Shown: positions 48,466 to 49,128 of the stretch, one piece after another
Layout: each line of letters begins with the position of its first letter
How positions within the stretch are numbered: the stretch's first letter is position 1
Source: Octopus bimaculoides
Lineage: Eukaryota
Length of the DNA stretch: 49,128 bases
Direction: 5' to 3'
Assembly (NCBI RefSeq): GCF_001194135.2
Contig: NC_069006.1
Coordinates: 11,984,381-12,033,508 of the forward strand
Notes under the pieces: generated by a model
What the model saw: only the letters and a program-made list of their open reading frames with translations
What the model was told of the DNA's origin: nothing
Database searches by the model: none
Translations under genes and position numbers: made by a program

Positions 48466-48771
48466 CATTCATACATACACATACGTACACATGCATACAT
48501 ACACATATACACATTGCAAGTGTGAATTACAATGAAGGGAAAAGGATTCAATAATGTTAAGTAGAGTGGAATAAGTTTTATCCAAATCTGTACCAGAATG
48601 AGTTGTTGCTTGTTGTTATATTTTTCCAGCCTACAGTCACCTGAAGACAAAGGACAAGGAAGTTTGAGTAGCAAGTGAAGCAAACTCAGCTTTCAGTGTG
48701 TGTGTGTGTGTGTGTAGACATACATATATACATAATACAATTTATGTTAGCTTTAATAATGAATGGTCGAG

Positions 48772-48960
48772 GCACGTGGATTAGTGGTTAGGGTGTCAGC
48801 ATCATGATCGTAAGATTGTGGTTTCAATTCCTGGACCGGGCGATGCGTTGTGTTCTTGAGCAAAACGCTTCATTTCACATTGCTCCAGTCCACTCAGCTG
48901 GCAAAAATGAGTAACGCTGTGATGGACTGGGAAACCGGGCCCATGAGCCTGGCTAGGCTT
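48772..48960 (+). mobile_element. tRNA-derived CORE-like SINE
   Basis: A-box tggattagtggt, B-box ggtttcaattcc, then ttcttgagcaaaacgcttcatttcacattgctccagtccactcagctggcaaaaatgagt. Confidence 0.8.
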
Positions 48961-49050
48961 TAAAAGGGCACATTTATTTTTATATTTTTAGTTACGAATG
49001 AATGAGGTACCCAATATAGTAAAATAGTGTATTAATTTTAATTTTATCAG

Positions 49051-49128
49051 CTGAAATCACACCTGGCAACTACTTACAGCATCCCTGGGTAGGAGTCACA
49101 CTGGTTGGCTTTTTGCCATCTGACAAAT
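49051..49128 (+). CDS. Candidate coding exon (truncated by window edge), product unknown
   Basis: T-rich acceptor ttaattttaattttatcAG at 49050. GC is higher than in the flanks and the sequence is not repetitive. One frame is open to the window end: EITPGNYLQHPWVGVTLVGFLPSDK. No recognised homology. Confidence 0.25.

Noticed and set aside
48772-48840. tRNA gene
   Set aside because: A/B boxes are present but there is no complete cloverleaf, and it runs into a SINE core. The same applies to the other SINE heads.
49078-49128. ARL3-like TPTQG motif on the minus strand
   Set aside because: Only five residues match, the next residue is C rather than F, and the upstream residues do not fit. Too weak to name a gene.

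Overview
This is AT-rich, microsatellite-saturated eukaryotic DNA from a draft assembly with many N gaps. It reads as intronic or intergenic. The repeat types suggest a coleoid cephalopod, probably Octopus (my inference from recalled family features, not a database result). No cellular protein-coding gene can be supported; the only candidate is a possible exon in the last ~80 bp. Almost all non-microsatellite sequence is decayed transposons: (1) a near full-length Penelope-like element on the minus strand (RT plus C-terminal GIY-YIG endonuclease, ~44150-48410); (2) RTE-clade LINEs, one with RT motifs at 11870-14725, plus many 3' tails; (3) three R4/Dong-like fragments with a CCHC finger and/or restriction-like endonuclease; (4) a fragmented Helitron Rep/helicase fossil (29885-33340); (5) a full-length Tc1 element with IR/DR ends, two mariners, a MITE and a hAT end; (6) many tRNA-like SINEs, some nested. 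The most interesting signals are a set of minimal hammerhead-ribozyme motifs tied to Penelope-like repeats (one near-canonical, one with a non-standard core, several relics) and a 57-nt pre-miRNA-sized hairpin. Long ORFs in the supplied track that cross N runs or microsatellites are artefacts. Boundaries of decayed repeats are approximate.
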